This document shows, piece by piece, positions 19,252 through 27,420 of a stretch of DNA of 64,000 bases. Below the pieces are notes generated by a model. It was not told the DNA's origin, did no database searches, and saw only the letters and a list, made by a program, of their open reading frames with translations. Numbering within the stretch: the stretch's first letter is position 1; each line of letters begins with the position of its first letter. Origin of the DNA: an uncultured Nitrososphaerales archaeon (GTDB lineage Archaea; Thermoproteota; Nitrososphaeria; Conexivisphaerales; DTJL01); assembly GCA_964475215.1 (NCBI GenBank), contig CAYYVT010000187.1, forward strand, positions 3,506 to 67,505. The letters are read 5' to 3'. Both the position numbers and the translations under genes were made by a program.

Positions 19252-19692
19252 TTATCGATCTATGATCTTGCTGAATTGGATTCTTCTTTGTAAGTCCGAA
19301 CCTTGGGATTCAACCTCCGAAGGGGTAGGAAGACGGTAAATCCACTTTCTACCACGTTTGACTCTGCTTACTTCGCCCACATTGTTCATTCTTGATAGGT
19401 AGGTGCTAACGGCCGCGAGTTTCATCGGGTGGTGGTATCTGTTTTCAAAGGCCTCTTGGAGCTGGTCTGATGTGAATTTTTTGAATGTAAACTCCTCCGC
19501 TACGAAACGCCTTAACTGGCTGTATGTGGTGTCGTCTTGAAGCAGGTCGCTACTCTCGTTTCTCTTAGCTAGGAGGTCATACATGTCGATGATCCTTGAT
19601 ACCTTGTCCTTGGATATGTTACCTTCGAGCTTTATGGTGTAACGTTCACCGTCGGATCCTTCGAACTGAATCCGTACTGTGTTCCTTCCCAA
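19252..19692 (-). CDS. hypothetical winged-helix DNA-binding protein, origin-adjacent
   Basis: 146 aa, TTG start. C-terminal wH-like segment (MKLAAVSTYLSRMNNVGEVSRVKRGRKWIYRL). A TATA-like ATTATATG lies about 28 nt upstream on its strand. Confidence 0.55.
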   Translation of the reverse strand: MGRNTVRIQFEGSDGERYTIKLEGNISKDKVSRIIDMYDLLAKRNESSDLLQDDTTYSQLRRFVAEEFTFKKFTSDQLQEAFENRYHHPMKLAAVSTYLSRMNNVGEVSRVKRGRKWIYRLPTPSEVESQGSDLQRRIQFSKIIDR

Positions 19693-19862
19693 AGGAGTAC
19701 TATCGATGAGGGTTATCGCATATAATCGTTAACGGTGATTGAATGTTAACTTGTTGGTTAACGTTAGCTAGTTTGGCATGAAAGAGCCAGCCTCCTTGTG
19801 TCATATTCACTCGGCTTAACCAGGGCTGGCTGTGAATGCGTGGGCTTGCGTTTGTACAATGG

Positions 19863-19882
19863 TTCCAGTGGACGCATTGGGG
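19863..19882 (+). repeat. ORB-like element 1
   Basis: TTCCAGTGGACGCATTGGGG. Confidence 0.65.
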
Positions 19883-19922
19883 TGACGGGCTGGCATTAAC
19901 AAGCGTCAAGGTGTGGACAGAG

Positions 19923-19941
19923 CCCAGTGGAAACAAAGGGG
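19923..19941 (+). repeat. ORB-like element 2
   Basis: CCCAGTGGAAACAAAGGGG. Confidence 0.7.
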
Positions 19942-20040
19942 TCGGAATTGAGCTCCGATGAGCTTGGACGATGTCGTGAGTTAACGAGTCAGGTAGATCA
20001 GTCGAGAAGGTGGGTTAGCCTCCAGGGCCACCCGGGACCG

Positions 20041-20061
20041 ACCAGTGGAAACACTGTGGGG
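20041..20061 (+). repeat. ORB-like element 3
   Basis: ACCAGTGGAAACACTGTGGGG. Confidence 0.7.
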
Positions 20062-20211
20062 AATATAGTCGATTCTATTGGCTGGTCTCTGTCTACTTCT
20101 TCTAGCTTGCAGGTCATTCATGATTGGCATGGTCCTCTATCAAGGGAGCAAACCAGTTAGAAGCGATATAATTTTCCATCCGTCCATGCACTATATCTTA
20201 AGTTATATATT

Positions 20212-20237
20212 TTCCAGTGGAAATACTGGGGCGGGGG
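20212..20237 (+). repeat. ORB-like element 4 (overlaps the cdc6 promoter/5' end)
   Basis: TTCCAGTGGAAATACTGGGGCGGGGG. Confidence 0.7.
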
Positions 20238-20242
20238 CTCCA

Positions 20243-21445
20243 TTGTCCAGCCAGCCACCAGATTCCTTGAACGATATCTTCGAACGAGTCCTCACCGGGA
20301 AATCGTTATTCGCCAACAGAGACGCCCTTCGAAACGAGTTCATTCCAAGTCAAATTCACTACAGAGACGACCAGATCAAGGCCGTTGCACAAATACTCTC
20401 GCCTTCCCTCGCCGGCCACAAACCCTCGAACCTCCTAATCTACGGAAAGACCGGAACAGGCAAAACAGTCGTAACAAAATACGTTATCAACCGGCTAACC
20501 GATAAGGGAAAGACCCTTTCGGGTAGCCTCCGTACAGCTTACGTCAACGCCCGCATAGCGTCGACTGAATACCGCATACTGTCGGAACTGGCCGCCGACC
20601 TCGGGGTCAATCTTCCATTTACCGGGCTTTCACTGAGCGAAGCCTTCAACAGGATTGCTACCAAAATCAAGGAAAGTGCAGTCAAGGCCATCCTAGTCCT
20701 CGACGAAATCGATTTTCTAGTCAAGTCCTCCGGAGATAACCTTCTTTATGAATTCACAAGGGCCAACGAAGAATTCAACAATGAAGCGTTCATCACCCTT
20801 GTTGGAATATCAAACGATCTCAAGTTCAAGGAGTCGCTCGACCCGCGTGTGCTCAGCAGCCTCAACGAAGAAGAAATAGTCTTTCCACCATATACCGTCG
20901 ATGAGCTGAAGTCAATTCTACAAGAAAGAATCCAAGTAGCATTCGTTCCGGGTAAAGTTAACGATGCTGCTGTGAACTTGTGTGCAGGAATGGCTGCAGC
21001 CGAGCATGGAGACGCCAGGAGGGCCGTCGACCTGCTCCGTGTAGCCGGCGAATTAGCGGAAAGGGAAAACGCGGAATCAATCGGGGACTTCCATATAAGG
21101 GAGGCCTCCAAGAGCATCGAACGGGACCGAGTCCTAGAGGCCATTCAGTCTCTTCCCATTCACGGCAAGCTCACTCTCCTCGCCGTTTCATACTTCCAAG
21201 AAGCAGAGAACACAGGCCACGTCTATGCAAAGTATACAGATCTAGCAAAACGACTCGGCCTCGAACCTTTGACTCAGAGGAGAGTCAGCGGCCTTCTAAG
21301 TGAACTTGACCTGCTTGGCCTCGTCTCCGCTCCAGTAATCAGTAAGGGAAGAATGGGCAGATCGAAAAAGATTAAACTCGAGGTGCCCCAGCAGGCGATA
21401 ACAAACTCCTTCAAAGACGACGAGACGATGAAGACGCTGCTCTAG
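20243..21445 (+). CDS. cdc6: Orc1/Cdc6 replication initiator (AAA+ plus C-terminal winged helix)
   Basis: Walker A YGKTGTGKT, Walker B LVLDEID, and a C-terminal wH. The ORF is open from TTG 20078 and has ATG 20186. TTG 20243 is preferred because it gives the usual short N-terminus (MSSQPPDSLNDIFERV...) and leaves ORB3/4 and a TTATATAT box outside the CDS. Confidence 0.85.
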   Translation: MSSQPPDSLNDIFERVLTGKSLFANRDALRNEFIPSQIHYRDDQIKAVAQILSPSLAGHKPSNLLIYGKTGTGKTVVTKYVINRLTDKGKTLSGSLRTAYVNARIASTEYRILSELAADLGVNLPFTGLSLSEAFNRIATKIKESAVKAILVLDEIDFLVKSSGDNLLYEFTRANEEFNNEAFITLVGISNDLKFKESLDPRVLSSLNEEEIVFPPYTVDELKSILQERIQVAFVPGKVNDAAVNLCAGMAAAEHGDARRAVDLLRVAGELAERENAESIGDFHIREASKSIERDRVLEAIQSLPIHGKLTLLAVSYFQEAENTGHVYAKYTDLAKRLGLEPLTQRRVSGLLSELDLLGLVSAPVISKGRMGRSKKIKLEVPQQAITNSFKDDETMKTLL

Positions 21446-22957
21446 CTAAGCCCGCCACAAGACTTCGAACGTCGATAAATCCACTAGAGCTACCCGTCCT
21501 TGAATTCGCGACAGCGACTTCGTTCCATCGGTCCAAGAAGGGGTGGATACCATCAGAGTTCCTCTATAAACGTCTTCATCGGCGATGCCAACGTGACCAC
21601 AGTGGATGATATCCGGCACCCGCTCCATAATCAGCAAATCCCGCTTCTCCGGGGCCAAACTTATCAATCCTCCATAGGAAGGAGCAAGATGCCGGGCTTT
21701 CAGAAGCGCACGAATCCCAGACGTGGGTCGAGTCTCAGAAGCTGACTGCAACTGTTTGAAAACTTCGTCCAAGCTCTGCCCATGGTAAAGGAGGACGTTA
21801 ACCCCATGCATCTTAACCATCGATGGATTCCCAAGCATCGAAACGTTCTTCATTTCATACAACAGTTTAGCATATTTCCGAATGATGGCCGGCTGCGGCA
21901 GGGCCCCCCTCGTCGCATCCATTTCTCCTGGGACGACAAAAATGCGGACGTTACGCCGAATCCTGCTCAAATAGCCAGCTAACTCTCTATAGCAAGCCTC
22001 AACTCCACGCTCGTTCAACCAACTATCACGAGCCAAGGGATTCTCTATCAGGTCTCCGTTAAGCACAAAATAGGCAATCCTTGATACGATTTCCAGTTCC
22101 CCAAGATCTCCATTCATCCAATCTACCATCCTGCCGAAAGCCAACGCATCGAAATCTGGTGAACCCATGCGAAGATCTGAACAGAAAACGGCGTACACCT
22201 TCTGGCTGGAAGTATTCATAACCCTCTCGGGTACGTCAGGGTGATAGACATTCCTAGCGTAATATCCCCTCGGCAAGGATTCGACTTCAGCCAAAACGAA
22301 TTCATCGATTAACACTTCTTCGACCCTTCGAATAGCGTCATCAGTACACATCAATCGAAGGTATCCTGTGTCGTCCTCTAAGGTCAACGACATGTAACCT
22401 CCGGACGTCTTCTTAGACACAACGAGTCCCACTACCTTAGCAAGGACCTTCTTCCCAGACACCGGAGTCTTGATTGCATTCAACTTCTCTATTTGAAAGA
22501 AGTCCGGCCGATTTCGCATCAACGAAGACATCCGCTCAAGCCTATCACGGAAGAGAAAAACATACCCGGACGCGTCGATCGTTGGATTGATTTGGTTGGT
22601 TGGATCGAAGAGGACATCAAAAGCTGGTGCGACCGTCTCCGCTAGCCCCGGCTCGGTGGCGGGGCGAACGAATGGTTTGACGTCTCTTAATCTGACGACC
22701 AACAACTTCCCTTTTTGCCTAGGCTCAGACCGAATTATCTGTTCAAGAATCCTTAGAACCAGCTCCGGTTCTCCTTCCTGCTCCAATAGCCGCCGGACGG
22801 CTTCCGGCTCGACTTGGTACCCCATTTCCAACATCTTCCTTATTACGAATACTTCATCCTCATTCCTTGCCGCCGGCAAGCTAATGTCACCTTTACTCGA
22901 GGAGTGTCCTATTTTACGATTATATGCAAGTACATCTTCAACGAAAGCGGTTGTCAT
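21446..22957 (-). CDS. DNA polymerase II (PolD) small subunit DP1 (Mre11-like phosphoesterase/exonuclease)
   Basis: 503 aa. N-terminal helical domain, OB-like middle, and a C-terminal calcineurin-like phosphoesterase (VFCSDLRMGS...VLNGDL...VVPGEMD...YHGQS...HCGHV). Confidence 0.85.
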   Translation of the reverse strand: MTTAFVEDVLAYNRKIGHSSSKGDISLPAARNEDEVFVIRKMLEMGYQVEPEAVRRLLEQEGEPELVLRILEQIIRSEPRQKGKLLVVRLRDVKPFVRPATEPGLAETVAPAFDVLFDPTNQINPTIDASGYVFLFRDRLERMSSLMRNRPDFFQIEKLNAIKTPVSGKKVLAKVVGLVVSKKTSGGYMSLTLEDDTGYLRLMCTDDAIRRVEEVLIDEFVLAEVESLPRGYYARNVYHPDVPERVMNTSSQKVYAVFCSDLRMGSPDFDALAFGRMVDWMNGDLGELEIVSRIAYFVLNGDLIENPLARDSWLNERGVEACYRELAGYLSRIRRNVRIFVVPGEMDATRGALPQPAIIRKYAKLLYEMKNVSMLGNPSMVKMHGVNVLLYHGQSLDEVFKQLQSASETRPTSGIRALLKARHLAPSYGGLISLAPEKRDLLIMERVPDIIHCGHVGIADEDVYRGTLMVSTPSWTDGTKSLSRIQGRVALVDLSTFEVLWRA

Positions 22958-23586
22958 CGGAACACGGAGCCACGGCAGCTCTCATTCTTGCCGGCGGTCT
23001 TTCTTCACGAATGGGCGTAGAAAAGGCAATACTATCAATCAATTCAAAGCCCTTGATCAGATGGGCCTACGACGCCGCTACAAGATTCACGCCTCGTATT
23101 TACGTTTCAGTTCATGACGAAGAAACCATCATACACTATAGCCCGTTGTTGCCACCAGAGGCCACCTTCGTCAAGGACCTGTACGACGGGCCCCGTTCGG
23201 CCCTCCTAGCCCTGCTGTCAGGTTTCACTTCAATCGAGGAAGAAACCATAGCAGTAATCCCTACGGACTCACCCTTTGTTAGCGAGAAGGTAATGACTTA
23301 CATGGCTTCCAAAGCAAAAGGATTTGATCTTGTCGTGCCAATATGGCCCGACGGCAAGGTAGAAGCCATCCATGCAATCTATTCCCGGCTGCGCACTACC
23401 CCAATCCTTCAACATCTCTGGTCCGAAGGAATCCTAGAGGTAAAGGAAATTCCAAGATATACAAGAACTCTTTTCATCGGAACCGAGGATCTCCAAGAAC
23501 TAGACCCGACATTGGTATCGCTAGTCGACGCCGACACGCCAAGCGAATTCCAAACCCTGAAGTCTATCTCGGCAGGAATCCAGTAG
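22951..23586 (+). CDS. mobA: molybdenum cofactor guanylyltransferase MobA-like NTP transferase
   Basis: N-terminal ALILAGGLSSRMG signature. The ORF opens at ATG 22924, but TTG 22951 gives the typical spacing. Either start overlaps the divergent DP1 start. Confidence 0.7.
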   Translation: MSSEHGATAALILAGGLSSRMGVEKAILSINSKPLIRWAYDAATRFTPRIYVSVHDEETIIHYSPLLPPEATFVKDLYDGPRSALLALLSGFTSIEEETIAVIPTDSPFVSEKVMTYMASKAKGFDLVVPIWPDGKVEAIHAIYSRLRTTPILQHLWSEGILEVKEIPRYTRTLFIGTEDLQELDPTLVSLVDADTPSEFQTLKSISAGIQ

Positions 23587-23592
23587 TCGGCT

Positions 23593-24705
23593 CTAGCGGA
23601 TGTCCAGCTGGATGTACTTCAGATCCTTCAGTCCGACGTATTCGGCTTCTGGTCGAATCAACTTGGCCTCGTTTGATTGCTCTTCAAAATGAGCAATCCA
23701 TCCGAAGACACGGCTCATGGCAAATATCGAAGTATACAGCTTGACGGAAATTCCTATTGTCGAGAAGATTGGAGCTGCATAAAAATCCAAGTTGGCGGGA
23801 ATCCGTTTTTCCCTCCACATGACGGACTCTACCGTGGTACAAGTCTCGTAAAGCGTAGCAGCGGCAGGATGCTCCGCCGATAAACTCTTCAAGAGCCTCT
23901 TGGCTATCTGAGCTCGAGGATCTACTGTCTTGTAGATTCTGTGCCCAAAGCCAGGCACCTTTTCACCAGCTTCTAGCTTATTTTTGACCACTTTTTCAGC
24001 TTGGTCTGGGCTTCTGATTTCATTCATTAGGGAGATGACGTCCTGGTTAGCCCCTCCGTGGAGGGGTCCTTTAAGAGCAGAAAGGCCCGCTATCACTGCC
24101 GAGTAGATGTCAGCCTTTGTAGAAGCGACCACCCTCACTGTAAAGGCTGACGCGTTGAAATCGTGCTCCATATAGAGGATAAGCACCTTCTCGAAAGCAG
24201 TAGCATCTAGCTCTGAAATCCGACGCGCGAGGAGCATACGAAGGAAGTTTTCGGCATATCCATAGCGACTATTGGGGACGACCGCCCTCTGTCCCCTCCT
24301 CAACCTATGCCCACTCGCAATCATCGTCGGCATCTTTGCGGCTATTGAAAATGTGGCCGAGTCCGGATTAACCACGTTCTCCTTGGTCGCTAGTATAGAA
24401 AGCCCAGCCCGCAAGGCATCCATGGAACTAGAATCGCGAGGCAAACACCTTAGTATATCAAGCACATCTTTAGGGACTATCATGGATGCAGTGAGCTTAC
24501 TCTTGAAGTCGTCAAACTCTCTTCTAGTTGGCAGACGTTCTTTACAAATGAGATAAGCGACTTCCTCGAAATTGGAGTTCTCCACGAGGTCTTGAATGCT
24601 ATACCCACGATAGATTAAGGAGCCATCGGCGGTACTCTTGGCTATCTTCGTCTGACTTACCACGACACCGTATAGTCCTGCGGGGGCGTACACCAGATCA
24701 GGCAT
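23593..24705 (-). CDS. citrate synthase family enzyme, probably 2-methylcitrate synthase by context
   Basis: GPLHGGANQDV and GFGHRIYKTVDPRA motifs. It lies immediately downstream of prpD and prpB on the same strand. Confidence 0.85.
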   Translation of the reverse strand: MPDLVYAPAGLYGVVVSQTKIAKSTADGSLIYRGYSIQDLVENSNFEEVAYLICKERLPTRREFDDFKSKLTASMIVPKDVLDILRCLPRDSSSMDALRAGLSILATKENVVNPDSATFSIAAKMPTMIASGHRLRRGQRAVVPNSRYGYAENFLRMLLARRISELDATAFEKVLILYMEHDFNASAFTVRVVASTKADIYSAVIAGLSALKGPLHGGANQDVISLMNEIRSPDQAEKVVKNKLEAGEKVPGFGHRIYKTVDPRAQIAKRLLKSLSAEHPAAATLYETCTTVESVMWREKRIPANLDFYAAPIFSTIGISVKLYTSIFAMSRVFGWIAHFEEQSNEAKLIRPEAEYVGLKDLKYIQLDIR

Positions 24706-24734
24706 CTAACGCTCGAGGTAGCCCGAATCACGTT

Positions 24735-25646
24735 TTAAAGTGATTTCAAGACTGCTGCGGCAGACCTAGCGGCCTTTGAGTCAAACGCCTCATAGCTATA
24801 ATAATCGATGAGCCTGTATGAATCTTCCCTTGTCATCAGCCGGCCAACGAGTTCCTTTTGTGTTCCTAACCGCTTTATCTCAGAGTATACGTCCTCCATA
24901 GCCATGAGAGAGGCCCGAAGGGCCGTCATCGGGAAAATTACGATCTTGTAGCCAATCCGCTCGAGCTCAGAAGCCGTCATGTACGGAGATTTACCAAATT
25001 CCGTCATATTTGCCAACAGCGGGACGCCGACCTTCTTTGAGAACTCCCTGAACTCCTCTCGTGTCTCCAAGGCTTCCGGGAAAATCACGTCGGCTCCTGC
25101 TTCGGCATAGGCTCTAGCTCGCTCCACGGTCGCATCCATACCTTCAACAGCTCTCGCATCAGTGCGTGCAATCAAGACGATACCGTTACGTGTGCTTTCC
25201 TTAGCGGCTACAATCCGTTTTATCATTTCCTCCGTACTCACTACCTGCTTTCCAGGAAGATGACCACACTTCTTCGGCATAACCTGATCCTCTATGTGCA
25301 ATGCAGCGACATCCATATTCTCTAACTCGCGGACCACGCGCCCGATGTTGATAGCTTCGCCAAACCCCGTGTCGACGTCGACGATGAGGGGGAGTTTCAC
25401 CCTGTCGACGATATAATGGACTGCCTGAACCGTTTCACTCATCGTGATTATACCCAGGTCAGGGAGACCCATCGACATCGCAAACCCTCCTCCCGAAAAA
25501 TACAACGTACTAAACCCAACCTTTGACGCAACGAGAGCCGCAATCGGGTTGAAGACACCCGGAGCCATGATTATTCCTCTGTTCTTGAGCTTCCTCCTGA
25601 GAAGCGCGGCGTTACCATGAGCAGGGCCGGGGGACAACTTAACCAT
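24735..25646 (-). CDS. prpB: methylisocitrate lyase (isocitrate lyase/PEP mutase superfamily)
   Basis: Signature EDQVMPKKCGHLPGK, 303 aa. Overlaps the prpD stop by 8 nt. Confidence 0.8.
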   Translation of the reverse strand: MVKLSPGPAHGNAALLRRKLKNRGIIMAPGVFNPIAALVASKVGFSTLYFSGGGFAMSMGLPDLGIITMSETVQAVHYIVDRVKLPLIVDVDTGFGEAINIGRVVRELENMDVAALHIEDQVMPKKCGHLPGKQVVSTEEMIKRIVAAKESTRNGIVLIARTDARAVEGMDATVERARAYAEAGADVIFPEALETREEFREFSKKVGVPLLANMTEFGKSPYMTASELERIGYKIVIFPMTALRASLMAMEDVYSEIKRLGTQKELVGRLMTREDSYRLIDYYSYEAFDSKAARSAAAVLKSL

Positions 25647-26964
25647 CTGGCTCCAACGCGCTCATTATATCCCGAACATCATATTTTGCGAAACTCCATA
25701 ACATGCTCAAGGCACTCTTTGGGGCGCCAAGCCTAAGATACTTTGACTCTATCTCTTCGTCAGTTAATGGGTTCTTGTAGTGACCCTTCGGATAAACGAT
25801 CTCGACACTCTCGGTTCCATCTTTGAACCTCGCCGTAACCCTACTGGGCACGGCATCTGGGTAGAGCCGGTCGTAGGATGGATTGACCCTAACTTTGGTC
25901 ACCTTGAGAAGTCTTGTTACATCTTCACTTTGTATTTTCTTCATGTCATAACTATCGAGCCAGATGTCTCCATCTACGAACGCTCGATCCACGATATAGG
26001 GAAGGCTATGGTCAGCCGTCTCCTTAGTCTTCGGACGCCACTTCTCCGGATCTTTGGCGATTATCTGCCAACCCACCGTAAACGTATCTATATTCACTTC
26101 CTCGACGTCATCAGAAGCTGCCTTGTGCTTAATCTCCAGTACTGCGTCGACGGCGCTCATGGAATGATATTCAACAGGGTAGTTCTTCACATGGGTTTTA
26201 GGGAGCTTGTGGAGGCCGCCAAAACCCATCTCGAAATCTCCGGACACCTGCTTGAAAAAGCCCATTTCCCCTTCGAACACTGGCGATGGGCCGGTCATGC
26301 CATGCTTGGCTAGCAGGGCTGCAAAAACCCCATTCCTAGTTGCATTGGCTGCTGCACAGCCTTTCCACATAGAGAGTTCTCCAGCCCGTGTCTGCCTTAA
26401 TGCTATGTTGGGCGTCGCGGCGAGATTTACGGCCTGAACTAGCTGTTCAATATTCAACGACATTATACGCCCAGCCCCAACGGCAGAAGATATCGCAATA
26501 TACGTCACATGGTCCCAACCCCTGTCCCTAATCGAAGACGCGTCAGCCAAGGCGCAAGCTACATCGTAAGCCAGCACGATTCCCAGTACGGCATCCTTAC
26601 CACTCCTTCCTTCAGTTTCCGCCACTGCTAGCATCGCGGGAATGTTATCGCTTGGGTGCATGGCCTCCTTTGAAAGGTATGTGTCGTTGAAGTCAAGGTA
26701 TCTGACGGCAGAGCCATTCGCGAAAGCAGCCAGCTCCGCCGAAGTTTTCACCCTCGAGCCTAGGACCGACGCTTGATCTCTTGAGTCAGACTTAGTGGCC
26801 ATGGACCGGGCAATCCTCACTGGAATTGCGTCTAGGGCAGCAAACGAGACTCCAATCGAGTCAATAATTCGCCGCTCGGCCTCCCTAATTACTTCAAAAT
26901 CCAAATCCTCATAGGATACAGAATCAACATATTCAGCTATCTTGCGAGCCAGCATGCCCAACAC
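25639..26964 (-). CDS. prpD: 2-methylcitrate dehydratase (MmgE/PrpD family)
   Basis: 441 aa with PrpD-like colinearity (IDSIGVSFAA...FANGSAVRYLDFNDT...HPSDNIPA...). Operon with prpB. Confidence 0.75.
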   Translation of the reverse strand: MLGMLARKIAEYVDSVSYEDLDFEVIREAERRIIDSIGVSFAALDAIPVRIARSMATKSDSRDQASVLGSRVKTSAELAAFANGSAVRYLDFNDTYLSKEAMHPSDNIPAMLAVAETEGRSGKDAVLGIVLAYDVACALADASSIRDRGWDHVTYIAISSAVGAGRIMSLNIEQLVQAVNLAATPNIALRQTRAGELSMWKGCAAANATRNGVFAALLAKHGMTGPSPVFEGEMGFFKQVSGDFEMGFGGLHKLPKTHVKNYPVEYHSMSAVDAVLEIKHKAASDDVEEVNIDTFTVGWQIIAKDPEKWRPKTKETADHSLPYIVDRAFVDGDIWLDSYDMKKIQSEDVTRLLKVTKVRVNPSYDRLYPDAVPSRVTARFKDGTESVEIVYPKGHYKNPLTDEEIESKYLRLGAPKSALSMLWSFAKYDVRDIMSALEPDG

Positions 26965-27130
26965 CGCTTGTTGATGAAATGCAATATAAACAGTGATTCA
27001 TCGAACCGTCCCATTGAACCAAGAATCTCGTCAAGACGTTCAACGACCGGCGGGACCCAAGGTCTGCACACTCAAAAACAATCTAACGACGAAGATGAAA
27101 GGGGCTCGGCCAACTATTATTTCAAATGAG

Positions 27131-27259
27131 TGCGGGGGGTGGGATTCGAACCCACGAAGGCCTACGCCAGCAGATCTTGAGTTTGGGCTTACGGACGTCG
27201 TTTCTGCCCCCTTTTGTCGCCCAATTCGAGAGGCTTTGGCCTGGCTCGGGGACCCCCGC
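27131..27259 (-). tRNA. tRNA-Leu(CAA), class II, with two introns (about 27212-27234 in the D arm; 27183-27203 at 30/31)
   Basis: The reverse complement has the same acceptor and T arm as tRNA-Leu(CAG). Removing 23 nt and 21 nt yields GCGGGGG UC CCC GAGCCAGGCCAAA GGG G GCAGA CUCAAGA UCUGC UGGCGUAGGCCUUC GUGGG UUCGAAU CCCAC CCCCCGC A (85 nt). The second intron has a perfect BHB; the boundaries of the first are uncertain. Confidence 0.7.
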
Positions 27260-27420
27260 AGTCCTCAACTCACATTCATGCTCGCTTTATGCTTTACCTT
27301 CGCCAGAGGGGCAGCTATCCCCCAATCAAGGCGTTTCAGAAACGGTCGCAGGTTCGGCAAACAGATAGCCTTTTCAGACGAAGGTTGGGCCTATACGTCG
27401 ACCCTCTGAAATTCCCGGTT

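Larger units (their letters stand above)
19715..20242. promoter_or_regulatory. candidate chromosomal replication origin (oriC) with four ORB elements and an AT-rich segment
   Basis: Non-coding gap directly upstream of cdc6 with four dyad-plus-G-string repeats, an AT-rich 20160-20212 stretch, GTTAAC x3 and GGGCTGGC x2. Confidence 0.7.

Noticed and set aside
20078-20242. The longer cdc6 ORF starting at TTG 20078 (or ATG 20186), as listed in the track.
   Set aside because: It would bury ORB4 and the AT-rich stretch (but not ORB3, 20041-20061) and a TATA-like box inside the coding sequence and add a hydrophobic, non-Cdc6-like N-terminus. TTG 20243 gives the normal short N-terminus. ATG 20186 cannot be strictly excluded.
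21443-21448. Abutting or interlocked convergent stop codons: cdc6/DP1 TAG-CTA at 21443-21448, glyA/DP2 at 13580-13585, and small ORF/tfs CTAG at 47602-47605. Also 4-nt TTGA start/stop overlaps at 47390 and 52937-52940, and the divergent 5' overlap of DP1 and mobA at 22951-22957.
   Set aside because: This reflects a compact genome with leaderless or coupled translation. It helps in choosing start codons but is not a distinct system.
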